From: an uncultured Thermoprotei archaeon
Lineage (GTDB): Archaea; Thermoproteota; Thermoprotei; Thermofilales; B15-G2
DNA length: 64,000 nucleotides
Reading direction: 5' to 3'
Assembly: GCA_965367815.1 (NCBI GenBank)
Contig: CBDUKN010000013.1
Location: 1 to 64,000, forward strand
Part shown: positions 10,748 to 19,095 of the stretch, piece after piece
How the letters are laid out: every line of letters begins with the position of its first letter
Position numbering within the stretch: position 1 is the stretch's first letter
The notes under the pieces: generated by a model
Seen by the model: only the letters and a program-made list of their open reading frames with translations
The model's database searches: none
Told to the model about the DNA's origin: nothing
Translations under genes and position numbers: made by a program

Positions 10748-10899
10748 GGAGCCCCGTCTTTGGGGGCTTAGTAATCTTAATTATCTGAATTGAATGTAAT
10801 AAAGACATCACTTTATTGGGATTGCTGAGTTCTTAAAAACCCGGCACTGTGCACTTAATAGTACGCCGAATAATGCCCCACTATCCCCGACGGGGCGCC
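10748..10899 (-). ncRNA. Unclassified structured ncRNA with terminal bulge-helix-bulge (predicted circular RNA precursor)
   Basis: 5' GGCGCCCCGUC-GGGG-AUA-G pairs with 3' C-CCCC-AAA-GACGGGGCUCC; internal hairpins; BRE/TATA (GAAAACTTTATATG) about 25-30 nt upstream. Confidence 0.7.
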
Positions 10900-10921
10900 G
10901 ATATAATTATTGTTTTACACT

Positions 10922-10935
10922 CATATAAAGTTTTC
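10922..10935 (-). promoter_or_regulatory. BRE/TATA promoter of the BHB ncRNA
   Basis: Minus-strand GAAAAC-TTTATATG at the typical archaeal distance from 10899. Confidence 0.6.
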
Positions 10936-10944
10936 TCAGAACAG

Positions 10945-11211
10945 TTAATCTATCTTTTTGATAACTATTTTATTTACATTATATTTTAATAGAAGCTTTT
11001 TTATATAATTGATTTTTTCATGGTTTCCTCTAAAGAATATTGATGCTGTATCTTTCCAAGGCTCAAGTAGAACTACGCATATAAAATCCTTGCAAAATAT
11101 TAGGTACTCGTAGGCATGCCATCTCACAGGACACTTCATTTTCTTCAACTCATGAAAAAGCTCCAAGCGAGTTAAATAAAATCTGAGATCTTTAGGCATT
11201 ATTTTACTCAA
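10945..11211 (-). CDS. Hypothetical protein
   Basis: 88-aa ORF overlapping the stop of the DUF92 gene. Confidence 0.6.
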   Translation of the reverse strand: MSKIMPKDLRFYLTRLELFHELKKMKCPVRWHAYEYLIFCKDFICVVLLEPWKDTASIFFRGNHEKINYIKKLLLKYNVNKIVIKKID

Positions 11212-12067
11212 ATAGAAGTATATAGATGAGCACTGCTATTATTGCTCCTGAGAGCGTAGTCATTAGGTTTACCAGCTCATTGTTAACAAATTTTATTCCA
11301 CTTAAATATTCTGTTTTCATGCCACACTTGTGGATCTTCTTATCAGTTTCCTTATTGCACTTAGGGCACCAGTATTTAACTTGAATAGTTGCACCCAAGA
11401 AGCTATCTATTTTCTCTGCAATAGACCCAGAGAGGAATGTTACTATGAAGATTGATACCGGGTCTATTGCACTCTGCGGCGGAGAAATATACTGGTACAA
11501 GGCAGCTGAAATGATAGCTATGAATAATGCTCCTAAGAAGGATCCTAAAGTACCCAGCTTAGTTACTCCACCTGAAGTTCCTGGAGGAACTTTTTTCTTA
11601 AGATTTGTTATTAATACTGGGTCTTCTTTTGATAGAAGTCCTAGTTCTACCGCCCAGGTATCGGCGTCAGCTGAGCTCACTGCGCCGAGGAATGCTACCG
11701 TTAATATATGAGAAAGCTGATTCGGGTCTGGCCATAGTAGAATATTGTTTTCGTACATGCCTTTAAGTAGCGCAGCTATGCCAGCAATGCCTCCAGCGCA
11801 TACCACTTGTAGTGCCGTTCTACCACTTTTCTTTTCAGCTGCACCCTTTTCTTCCTTTGCTCCGTACTTAACTTTAGTTAAAATACTAGAGCTGAGGAAA
11901 AAGCTCATAATAATTAAAAAACAGGCGGGGCTCCCGGCAAAAGTCAATATACCTACAATAAGCCCGGCAATGAGGCCGGAAAGACTCACGAAGTTCTTCT
12001 TATACGAAGGGATGCCTATTGCCAAGGTAACTATGAAGCCTAAGAGCAGGTTTTGGTACAAATCCAT
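11204..12067 (-). CDS. DUF92/TMEM19-family membrane protein
   Basis: GRTALQV, ADTWAVELG, PGTSGGVT, DSFLGATIQ, NNELVN. Confidence 0.9.
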   Translation of the reverse strand: MDLYQNLLLGFIVTLAIGIPSYKKNFVSLSGLIAGLIVGILTFAGSPACFLIIMSFFLSSSILTKVKYGAKEEKGAAEKKSGRTALQVVCAGGIAGIAALLKGMYENNILLWPDPNQLSHILTVAFLGAVSSADADTWAVELGLLSKEDPVLITNLKKKVPPGTSGGVTKLGTLGSFLGALFIAIISAALYQYISPPQSAIDPVSIFIVTFLSGSIAEKIDSFLGATIQVKYWCPKCNKETDKKIHKCGMKTEYLSGIKFVNNELVNLMTTLSGAIIAVLIYILLFE

Positions 12068-12177
12068 GGTCCCCGCCCTTTTAAAGGCTATCTCATAAAA
12101 TCTATATAAGCTTTTTGAGGAAAAGTGAAATAACTGCTGAAATACGTTTATACGCTATACTGTAATCAAGTACTATA

Positions 12178-13191
12178 GTGGTCTCAAGAAGAGTTTTCCT
12201 TGACAAAGATTATGTACGTGCAAAAAACATAATCGCATGTGTTTTAGGCTATATTCACCCACCGGACAGAGTATTCTGTTACCCAAAATACATAGCTTTA
12301 TATAAAGGACAAAGTCTATGGACTAAAAACGGCGAAGTTTACATAAGAATAACCCCAGATTACTCTACGTCAAGTATCGTAAATAGTATAAATTATCTTA
12401 GAAAGTTTCATCCAGAGTACCTGTATTACGACAACTTCTTTAAAACAGAAATAGCAGCAATACCGCTCAGCGATATTTCAGCACATTATTTGCCGGAAGA
12501 ACGACTCAATGAAATATTAAATAAAAATCAATTAGATTCATTAGAAACCAAAGCTGTAGCACTTGTCAAGCAAATTTCGAAAGAAAGTAAAGTAAATATA
12601 AGAGATTTTGGAATTACAGGATCCATTTTACTGAAAATACATAATGTAAAAATATCCGATATAAATCTAGTAGTATACGGCATTAAGAATTCTTGGAGAG
12701 TACACAAAGTACTCAAAGAAATGAATTTTGAGAGACCTTACGAGAAGTGGGCTAAAAGGATGTCTAAAGTTTACCGTGTACCGCTAAAACTAGCTGAAAA
12801 AATCTGTCTGAGGAGAGTAAATAGAGGAATTTTTTGCGGAAAGAATTTTTCTTTATCATATGTTTTAAAGCCGCATGAAATTGACAAAAAGTATGGCAAA
12901 TACGGCTACAAGATCATAGACAGGGTGCGTGTTGAAGCAGTCATATTGGATAATACGCGGTCTTTATTTTTTCCTTATACTTATGCAATAAGGTGTATTA
13001 AAGTTGAAAAAACTAAAAGTATAGATATAAGAGAACTTATTTGTTTTCAAGGCATATACTGTGGTGTATTTGATAACGAAGAGAAGGTACTTATCGAGGG
13101 GCTTTTACTCGAGATAATTGACGGCGAAGAAAAATACTACAGTATAGCCGTAGGGCTAAGAGAGTATTCTGGTCTAGTAGAGGTCATTTAG
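12178..13191 (+). CDS. Predicted nucleotidyltransferase (COG1665-like)
   Basis: GYIHPPDR, GITGS..SDINLVVYG pol-beta-type motif. Confidence 0.75.
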   Translation: MVSRRVFLDKDYVRAKNIIACVLGYIHPPDRVFCYPKYIALYKGQSLWTKNGEVYIRITPDYSTSSIVNSINYLRKFHPEYLYYDNFFKTEIAAIPLSDISAHYLPEERLNEILNKNQLDSLETKAVALVKQISKESKVNIRDFGITGSILLKIHNVKISDINLVVYGIKNSWRVHKVLKEMNFERPYEKWAKRMSKVYRVPLKLAEKICLRRVNRGIFCGKNFSLSYVLKPHEIDKKYGKYGYKIIDRVRVEAVILDNTRSLFFPYTYAIRCIKVEKTKSIDIRELICFQGIYCGVFDNEEKVLIEGLLLEIIDGEEKYYSIAVGLREYSGLVEVI

Positions 13192-13873
13192 AAAGAATTT
13201 GTGCTTTATCTGGATACCCTACAATAACTTTTTTCACTTTCTTGCCACTAAATAGCCCTGTTTCAACGACACCCGGTATTGCCTTAATAGAAATCTCAAG
13301 GCTTTCTGCATTCTCTACTTCTTTGCCATAATAGAGATCTAGAATAAAGTTGCCGTTGTCTGTCACTACTGGGCCTAATTTGCCTTTACTTGAATATCGT
13401 AGGACTACTTTTCCATATTCAGATAACTTTTTTCTAACAGGTCTTAAGGCAAAAGGAAGCACTTCAACTGGTATAGGTTTGTTCAAGCCAATTTTTTCCA
13501 CGAGTTTCGTGTAATCTACTATAATAACGAGTTCTTGCGAAGAGTAATCTACTACTTTTTCTCTCGTATGGCAGCCTCCTCCACCTTTAATTAAATTAAA
13601 CTCTCTGTCTACTTCATCTGCTCCGTCTATAGCAAGTTCAGGAAGATGATCCTCTAGTGAAACTACTTTAAAGCCTGCTTGTCGAGCAAGAAATTCTGTA
13701 TCATATGAGGTTGGTATAACATAAAGTTCTGTCAGCTCAGTACCTAATTTTTGAGCTAGTATATCAATTAGCTTAGCTACTGTACTTCCCGAGCCTAGTC
13801 CTAAAACCATACCGTCTTTAACTAACTTAGAGGACTCTTCTGCAGCTCTTTTCTTAGCTTCCTCAACAGACAT
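13184..13873 (-). CDS. rpiA: Ribose-5-phosphate isomerase A
   Basis: GLGSGST, DGADEV, IKGGGG, TDNGNFILD. Confidence 0.95.
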   Translation of the reverse strand: MSVEEAKKRAAEESSKLVKDGMVLGLGSGSTVAKLIDILAQKLGTELTELYVIPTSYDTEFLARQAGFKVVSLEDHLPELAIDGADEVDREFNLIKGGGGCHTREKVVDYSSQELVIIVDYTKLVEKIGLNKPIPVEVLPFALRPVRKKLSEYGKVVLRYSSKGKLGPVVTDNGNFILDLYYGKEVENAESLEISIKAIPGVVETGLFSGKKVKKVIVGYPDKAQILSK

Positions 13874-13992
13874 ACAGTAAACTAAGAGAATTCAATTAAA
13901 TAGATATCATCGTGGTTTACTTCTCTATTCAATTTTTTCGCTAGAAACTTAGTTAATTAAGTTAATATCTGTTTTTACGTATAAAAATAGCG

Positions 13993-14541
13993 ATGAAGCG
14001 GTCTGTAAGTAAAGCATTTGCTTATCGTCTCTTACACCCTAAACTCACAGTTCTAATAACGTCAGCTAGCAAAGACGGCGAGGTAAATGTTGCGACATTT
14101 GCTTGGTGCATGCCTACAAGCTTTTCTCCCCCGCTACTAGCTGTAAGTATAGCTCCTGAAAGATATACCTATAAACTAATAAAGGAAACAGGAGAATTCG
14201 GAGTAAACATACCTAGCTGGAAGCTACTTAGAGAAACTTTTGCCTGCGGAAGAGAAAGCGGAGAAGAAGTAAATAAAATAGCAAAGTATGGTCTTAAGCT
14301 AATGAAACCTAAGAAAATAAAAGTTCCGCTTTTAGCCAACTGCGTGGCGAACATGGAGTGCGTTGTTAAGGCGGAGTTAAAGACAGGAGACCACGTGCTC
14401 TTTGTAGGAGAAATAGTTGAAGCTTATGCGGAAAAAGAGCTTTTCGATAAATGCTGGGATTTGAGTAAAGTGAAATTGATATACCATGTAGGAGGAAATA
14501 GATTTACTACACTAGTCTCTGAAATTACTCTAGTATCTTAA
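13993..14541 (+). CDS. Flavin reductase family protein
   Basis: SFSPPLLAV, GEFGVNIP, GDHVLFVGEI. Confidence 0.9.
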   Translation: MKRSVSKAFAYRLLHPKLTVLITSASKDGEVNVATFAWCMPTSFSPPLLAVSIAPERYTYKLIKETGEFGVNIPSWKLLRETFACGRESGEEVNKIAKYGLKLMKPKKIKVPLLANCVANMECVVKAELKTGDHVLFVGEIVEAYAEKELFDKCWDLSKVKLIYHVGGNRFTTLVSEITLVS

Positions 14542-14578
14542 ACGTTACTTAAATACTATCTGCACAAAAGGTATCATC

Positions 14579-15568
14579 GTGAGGCTTAAAGTTGTAGCAG
14601 AGGAAAAATCACTTGACTCCCTATTGAATGAACTATCTAAAAAAGCTAATGAAGTATCAGAATTAAAAAAGAGAATAGAAAGTATAATAAATCTTCTTTC
14701 TGAAAGATACTCTAAAAATGAGAGCTCTGTAGTTAAAAACTTATTCAACAGTTTTATTAAATCTCATACACCTCCTCCTCCCCCAGCGATACAGTCAGCT
14801 TCGCTGAGCTTGGAGAGAAATCTTGAAGAATACAGCGCAAAGCTGAAAAACTACCTAGACTTATTGGCCCGCTATGCTAGAGGCCTAGAGGAGTGCTTAG
14901 AGGCTGAAAAGAACTTGAAGAGACTTTTAAGTAAAATAGAAGAAAACTTACCTATAATAGAGAAAATAGATCCCTCTATCCACAGCTCAATAGTCAAAGT
15001 AAGACATAAAGCCCTTAGAACACTCCAAAACCCTTCAGTTCCAGACCCTTATGCTCTTGCAGACGAACTCAAGAAATATACTAGAGAGCTAAAATGCCTA
15101 ATTCATCGATTTGAACAAAATTACAAACGAAAGTTAATAGAAATAACAGAAATGTGTGATGCAGCTTTAAAGCTATATTATCAGGTAAAACCTCTAGTAA
15201 CTTTTGACAAAGCTGAAATAGCTAAAGAGAACTTCGAGAAAATCAAAAGTATTAAGAGTAAAGTCATTAAAGCTGTATCTGGTCTCGCCCAAGGAAAGTA
15301 TTCCGAAGAAGTTCTCGGGCTAGAAAACGAAGTGAGAAAAACAATAGAAATATACGAGAAGATACTTGGAGAAGAATCTTCAAAAGACTATGCTAAAGTA
15401 CTGTCTGTCCTCTCATTAATGTCTAAGAGCTCTAGAACAATACCTTTCCACACGCTTATAGACGAAATTTCCCGAAGTACAGGTATGTCTCAAGAAGAAG
15501 TAATCAAAATGCTAGTTTACCTTAGTAGAAAGCACGCTGTTAAGATAAGAGTCAAAGTAGAAGTTTAA
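14579..15568 (+). CDS. Coiled-coil protein with probable C-terminal winged helix
   Basis: Long heptad-rich helices, polyproline HTPPPPPA, wHTH-like C-terminus. Confidence 0.6.
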   Translation: MRLKVVAEEKSLDSLLNELSKKANEVSELKKRIESIINLLSERYSKNESSVVKNLFNSFIKSHTPPPPPAIQSASLSLERNLEEYSAKLKNYLDLLARYARGLEECLEAEKNLKRLLSKIEENLPIIEKIDPSIHSSIVKVRHKALRTLQNPSVPDPYALADELKKYTRELKCLIHRFEQNYKRKLIEITEMCDAALKLYYQVKPLVTFDKAEIAKENFEKIKSIKSKVIKAVSGLAQGKYSEEVLGLENEVRKTIEIYEKILGEESSKDYAKVLSVLSLMSKSSRTIPFHTLIDEISRSTGMSQEEVIKMLVYLSRKHAVKIRVKVEV

Positions 15569-15569
15569 A

Positions 15570-15617
15570 TCAGCGCAAATCGTTTCGATCATTCTTCTCC
15601 AGCCCGCTTTTCATCAT
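15570..15617 (-). ncRNA. C/D box sRNA overlapping the 3' end of the UPF0179 gene
   Basis: AUGAUGA-AAAGCGGGCUG-GAGA-AGA-AUGAUCG-AAACGAUUUGCG-CUGA. Confidence 0.75.
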
Positions 15618-16077
15618 CTATTGCCTGAACTTCAACTAAAACCAGGCTGTGCCCCAGGACACATTCTATTTTGGATAAGACCTTAGATATTTTTATTTTA
15701 GTGCCTTTAGTGACAGCTGGTGCAGGGTTGCAGTACCTGTAATATCTGCATCGATTTCTGTAGGGGCACTGAGAGAAATCCTCATTATAAACCAAAGTAA
15801 TTCCTTCAATAGCTTTGCTTGAAGGCAGAGCTATTTGCAAAGGTTCTTCAACAACTTTTACTACTACGGCAGGTCTATTGGTTAAAGGACATACGTGTTT
15901 CTTTTTTCTCACAGATACAACTCTATACGTTCTGCCAGGTTTAAGTTTAGACAGACACGCCTTGAATAATTTACATCTCTTCTTACATACATCAGGTATA
16001 CTATACAGTACAAAGCGATAGCCTACTTTAGCTTGGTGTTCGTCAAGGAGAGTTACTATCTTCTTGGCCTTTGTCAT
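15589..16077 (-). CDS. UPF0179 family protein
   Basis: IVTLL..AKVG, Cys pattern, LKPGRTYRV, HVCP, C-terminal CVLG. Confidence 0.85.
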   Translation of the reverse strand: MTKAKKIVTLLDEHQAKVGYRFVLYSIPDVCKKRCKLFKACLSKLKPGRTYRVVSVRKKKHVCPLTNRPAVVVKVVEEPLQIALPSSKAIEGITLVYNEDFSQCPYRNRCRYYRYCNPAPAVTKGTKIKISKVLSKIECVLGHSLVLVEVQAIDDEKRAGEE

Positions 16078-16114
16078 GGTCTCGCAGTGATTATAGTATT
16101 GTAAAAGAAGTTAT

Positions 16115-17689
16115 TTAGGTTTTAGTTACAATGCCTAATCCTCTAGTTCTGCTCTCCCTAAAAACAAATACGTCACCTTTTCTGATATACCACGGATGAT
16201 AGAGAAATCTCAACTTAACGTATGCAGTATCTCCTGTTCTTAAAGGCTCCTTAGATAATTGCTCGAAAACTACGGCGTGCCTAATTGTATGAATATGACA
16301 TACAGCTTGATAGCCGCGCTTTATCATCGTAGGATGGTGGAGTATTTTAACTTCAGCTTCAAAGGATCTCACAGGAGATGGATTTGATGATTGAGAGAGC
16401 AAGCACATACCTTTTTTAACAAAACAGGGGTCTATTCCCTGTAAAGCTAAGCAAGCCTCTTCTCCAGCATGAGCTTCTTCTACGTTTACTCTATTAACAT
16501 GAATAGATTTCACCTTAACTAAGTGGAATTTACCGTGTTCATCGGGTCCTATTAATACTTTTTCATCGACCTTAACTTCTCCCTCTAATATCAGACCGCT
16601 TACAACAAGCCCTACTCCTTTAACATTAAATGTATGCTCTACGTACATTAAGAAGCTACGCTTTCTTTTTTCTTTCCATCTCATTCTGGGTGGCAGAAGA
16701 TTTAAAAATTTTTCCACGTGATGTAGACCTTCTCCGGTTACGTTAGATACAATAAATATAGGGACGACTCTAGACTTAGGAATAAGTCTTGCTGCTAAGA
16801 CTACATCTGACTCATTTTCAACAAGAAGCGGTATTTTTCTGACTCCTGGCATTTTTAAAATAGAATACAGCTCAGCAAGAGTCTTATTCAATATTTCTGG
16901 AGGTACCAAATCTTTTTTCGTAATCACAGTAAAGAATGGTATTTTTAGGGCTACAAGAAGACCTAAATGTTCTCTTCCCATACCTATTAAGCCAGCGTTT
17001 GCTGCGACAACAAGCATAGCGTAGTCTGGCGCCCTGCCCATAACTCCCTTTAATGTAGTTCTAAGGTATCTCTCATGGCCACCTAAGTCTATTAAAATAA
17101 TTATTTTAGAACTTTTTAAGAAAATTTCTGACTCCTCCAAAGGATCTAAAAGCTTATGATTAACTATGTTTCCCTCAATATCATAGCCTAAGTAGTTGGG
17201 AGTGATAGATGACGTTCTGCCGCTTTTAATTTCATGTAAGTATCTAGCTATTTTAGACATAGCTAAGCCATCTCCGTCGTCTAGCTCTCCTGTACACAGA
17301 ACACTTATAAGAGTGGATTTACCGCTGTCCACGTTGCCTAGCACAGGGATATTTAGGAATATTGGAGGAGAATCTTTTCTACATCTCCTAATAAATACTT
17401 CGACTACTTTGCCTCGTTTTCCTTGAGCTACTTGAACTATCTTCCACACAGCACTAATTCTCTTAGTAGCCTCATCTAGGACTTTGAGAGACTCCTCTAG
17501 TTCTTCTTCGCTTAAGCCAAGAGGTCTTCCATCATCAGTGACTCCCAAAACTAAGAAAGCTTCTCCACCTCCTTCGCCGAGCCTATACTTAAGCTGAGTA
17601 GCAAGCTTTTCTATTTTCTCATCGCTTCTTTTGATTTTTAGCTTATATTCAACCGGACCTAATTCTTTTTCAGCAGGATATACTTTCAC
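16115..17689 (-). CDS. GTPBP1/2-family translational GTPase
   Basis: VEYKLK..RLGEGGGE N-terminal domain, GNVDSGKST, HEIKSGRTSS, DLGGHERY, TKKD, EF-Tu-like domains II/III. Confidence 0.92.
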   Translation of the reverse strand: MKVYPAEKELGPVEYKLKIKRSDEKIEKLATQLKYRLGEGGGEAFLVLGVTDDGRPLGLSEEELEESLKVLDEATKRISAVWKIVQVAQGKRGKVVEVFIRRCRKDSPPIFLNIPVLGNVDSGKSTLISVLCTGELDDGDGLAMSKIARYLHEIKSGRTSSITPNYLGYDIEGNIVNHKLLDPLEESEIFLKSSKIIILIDLGGHERYLRTTLKGVMGRAPDYAMLVVAANAGLIGMGREHLGLLVALKIPFFTVITKKDLVPPEILNKTLAELYSILKMPGVRKIPLLVENESDVVLAARLIPKSRVVPIFIVSNVTGEGLHHVEKFLNLLPPRMRWKEKRKRSFLMYVEHTFNVKGVGLVVSGLILEGEVKVDEKVLIGPDEHGKFHLVKVKSIHVNRVNVEEAHAGEEACLALQGIDPCFVKKGMCLLSQSSNPSPVRSFEAEVKILHHPTMIKRGYQAVCHIHTIRHAVVFEQLSKEPLRTGDTAYVKLRFLYHPWYIRKGDVFVFRESRTRGLGIVTKT

Positions 17690-17709
17690 TACTTCTCGTA
17701 CTACGTTTA

Positions 17710-18315
17710 GTGGGAAGAGTATTTATCTCTAGCTGTGTCAATATACTCGCTGTGGCGATATATTTAACAGAGGAACTGAGAAGAAAGCTAAAGAATCCCT
17801 TAGGCGAGCTCATCGAAGGCCCACCTGCTTACACTATAAGCGTACTCAAGAGAATTATAGCGTCGCATGACAAAACTATACTAATAACTGTAGGCGACTT
17901 TGTTACCTACAACGTTTTTACAAATAACATTGAGCCTGAAGTATGTGTTATAGACTACAAAACTTTAAGACAAAAAGACTATAGAGTAAAGAAAATCATA
18001 GAGAATTATATTAAAATATCTGTTAAAAATCCTCCGGGAACCATAACTTCAGAAGCGTACTTAACGCTTAGAAGAGTTCTACACGCTATTAATTTTGAGA
18101 AAAAGTATGCTATCTTAGTGGAAGGCGAAGAAGATTTATTGACTCTTCCTGCAATAGTTGAAGCTCCGTTGAAATCTTTTGTCGTCTATGGTCAACCCCA
18201 CAAAGGTATTGTTGTAGTGTATGTAACCGAGGAGAAAAAGAAAGAAATTATGGAAGAATATATTTCAAAATTCAAGGGATTTGAAGACTTTAAATCTAAT
18301 GTATTATCTTCTTAA
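17710..18315 (+). CDS. GTP-dependent dephospho-CoA kinase (DUF359)
   Basis: LKNPLG, TVGD, NPPGTIT, GEEDLL, YGQP; true start may be the GTG near 17752. Confidence 0.9.
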   Translation: MGRVFISSCVNILAVAIYLTEELRRKLKNPLGELIEGPPAYTISVLKRIIASHDKTILITVGDFVTYNVFTNNIEPEVCVIDYKTLRQKDYRVKKIIENYIKISVKNPPGTITSEAYLTLRRVLHAINFEKKYAILVEGEEDLLTLPAIVEAPLKSFVVYGQPHKGIVVVYVTEEKKKEIMEEYISKFKGFEDFKSNVLSS

Positions 18316-18976
18316 GGATAAGTTTACCTCCTGCTAACATCAGAATATAGTCTACTGTTTTGTTTAGCGCTGTTTCTACAAGAGATTCTGGTACTCCAGG
18401 CACACCACATGAAACCACTAAAACATTCTTTGTGAAGTCTCTAATCATTGTTAGCTGTGAATCTCTATGAGGAAAAACATGAAGTATTTTTTCTTCATCA
18501 GCCAGTACAATGTTGCTAGAAGACAGATTTTCAGGTTTTCCTCCAATGGGCAGAAATAGCTCGTTTTCTTTAGCAAATCTAAGCTCTACATTACCCTTTA
18601 TTCTGTCTAAATCATAGAGGCCTATAGGTACTAAAGTCTCCATTGATGCGGCATTACCTGCATCAACTACATTATTTATTAGGGGGACTTTACCTCGGAG
18701 AGCTCTCCTAACTAGAGCTTCGCTCGCTGGACGAGTTTTCGTGGGATCTATTCCTAGTCTCCAGTAGAAGTCTCTATACGCTCTGATAACTGGATTGTTT
18801 TTAAGGGACTCTAACGAGTATTTTGACTTAGTTATAGACGTGACTTTATTCAACAAACTTCTTTCCTGAGGACCACTCGGCTTAACAGAGACTCCTTCGA
18901 TTACGCCAATCCCTAAAACTATTTCTCCGTATTTTTCTTTAACTTCCTTTGCAATTTTTACGGAGATTTCTTCCAC
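18296..18976 (-). CDS. B3/B4 domain protein (PheRS-editing-like)
   Basis: GIDPTKTRPASEAL, INNVVDAGN, GLYDLD. Confidence 0.9.
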   Translation of the reverse strand: MEEISVKIAKEVKEKYGEIVLGIGVIEGVSVKPSGPQERSLLNKVTSITKSKYSLESLKNNPVIRAYRDFYWRLGIDPTKTRPASEALVRRALRGKVPLINNVVDAGNAASMETLVPIGLYDLDRIKGNVELRFAKENELFLPIGGKPENLSSSNIVLADEEKILHVFPHRDSQLTMIRDFTKNVLVVSCGVPGVPESLVETALNKTVDYILMLAGGKLILKKIIH

Positions 18977-19019
18977 AGAAAGACTGCTTTAGGCGAAAAT
19001 ATATTTGCGTCGACGAGAA

Positions 19020-19095
19020 AATATAAGTGCCCGCGACGCCCGCCGACGCCCCTTATTGGGATGGGATGAAAGCGGGCGCCGAGCTATATAATACA
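19020..19095 (+). ncRNA. Putative single-hairpin H/ACA guide RNA
   Basis: CGCCCGC/GCGGGCG stem, K-turn-like CCGA...GGAUGA, ACA 14 nt after the stem, TATA-like AATATATT upstream. Confidence 0.5.

Noticed and set aside
10760-10882. Endless rolling-circle ORF in the 123-nt (41-codon) circle
   Set aside because: All three frames of the predicted circle contain stop codons
10748-10899. tRNA (with introns), 5S rRNA, SRP RNA or RNase P RNA as the identity of the BHB element
   Set aside because: No T-loop TTCRA or D-loop, no 5S loop C (CCGAAC-like), no SRP helix-8 motif, no RNase P GAGGAA(A)NUCC; only a short GGGGGCTTA on the opposite strand
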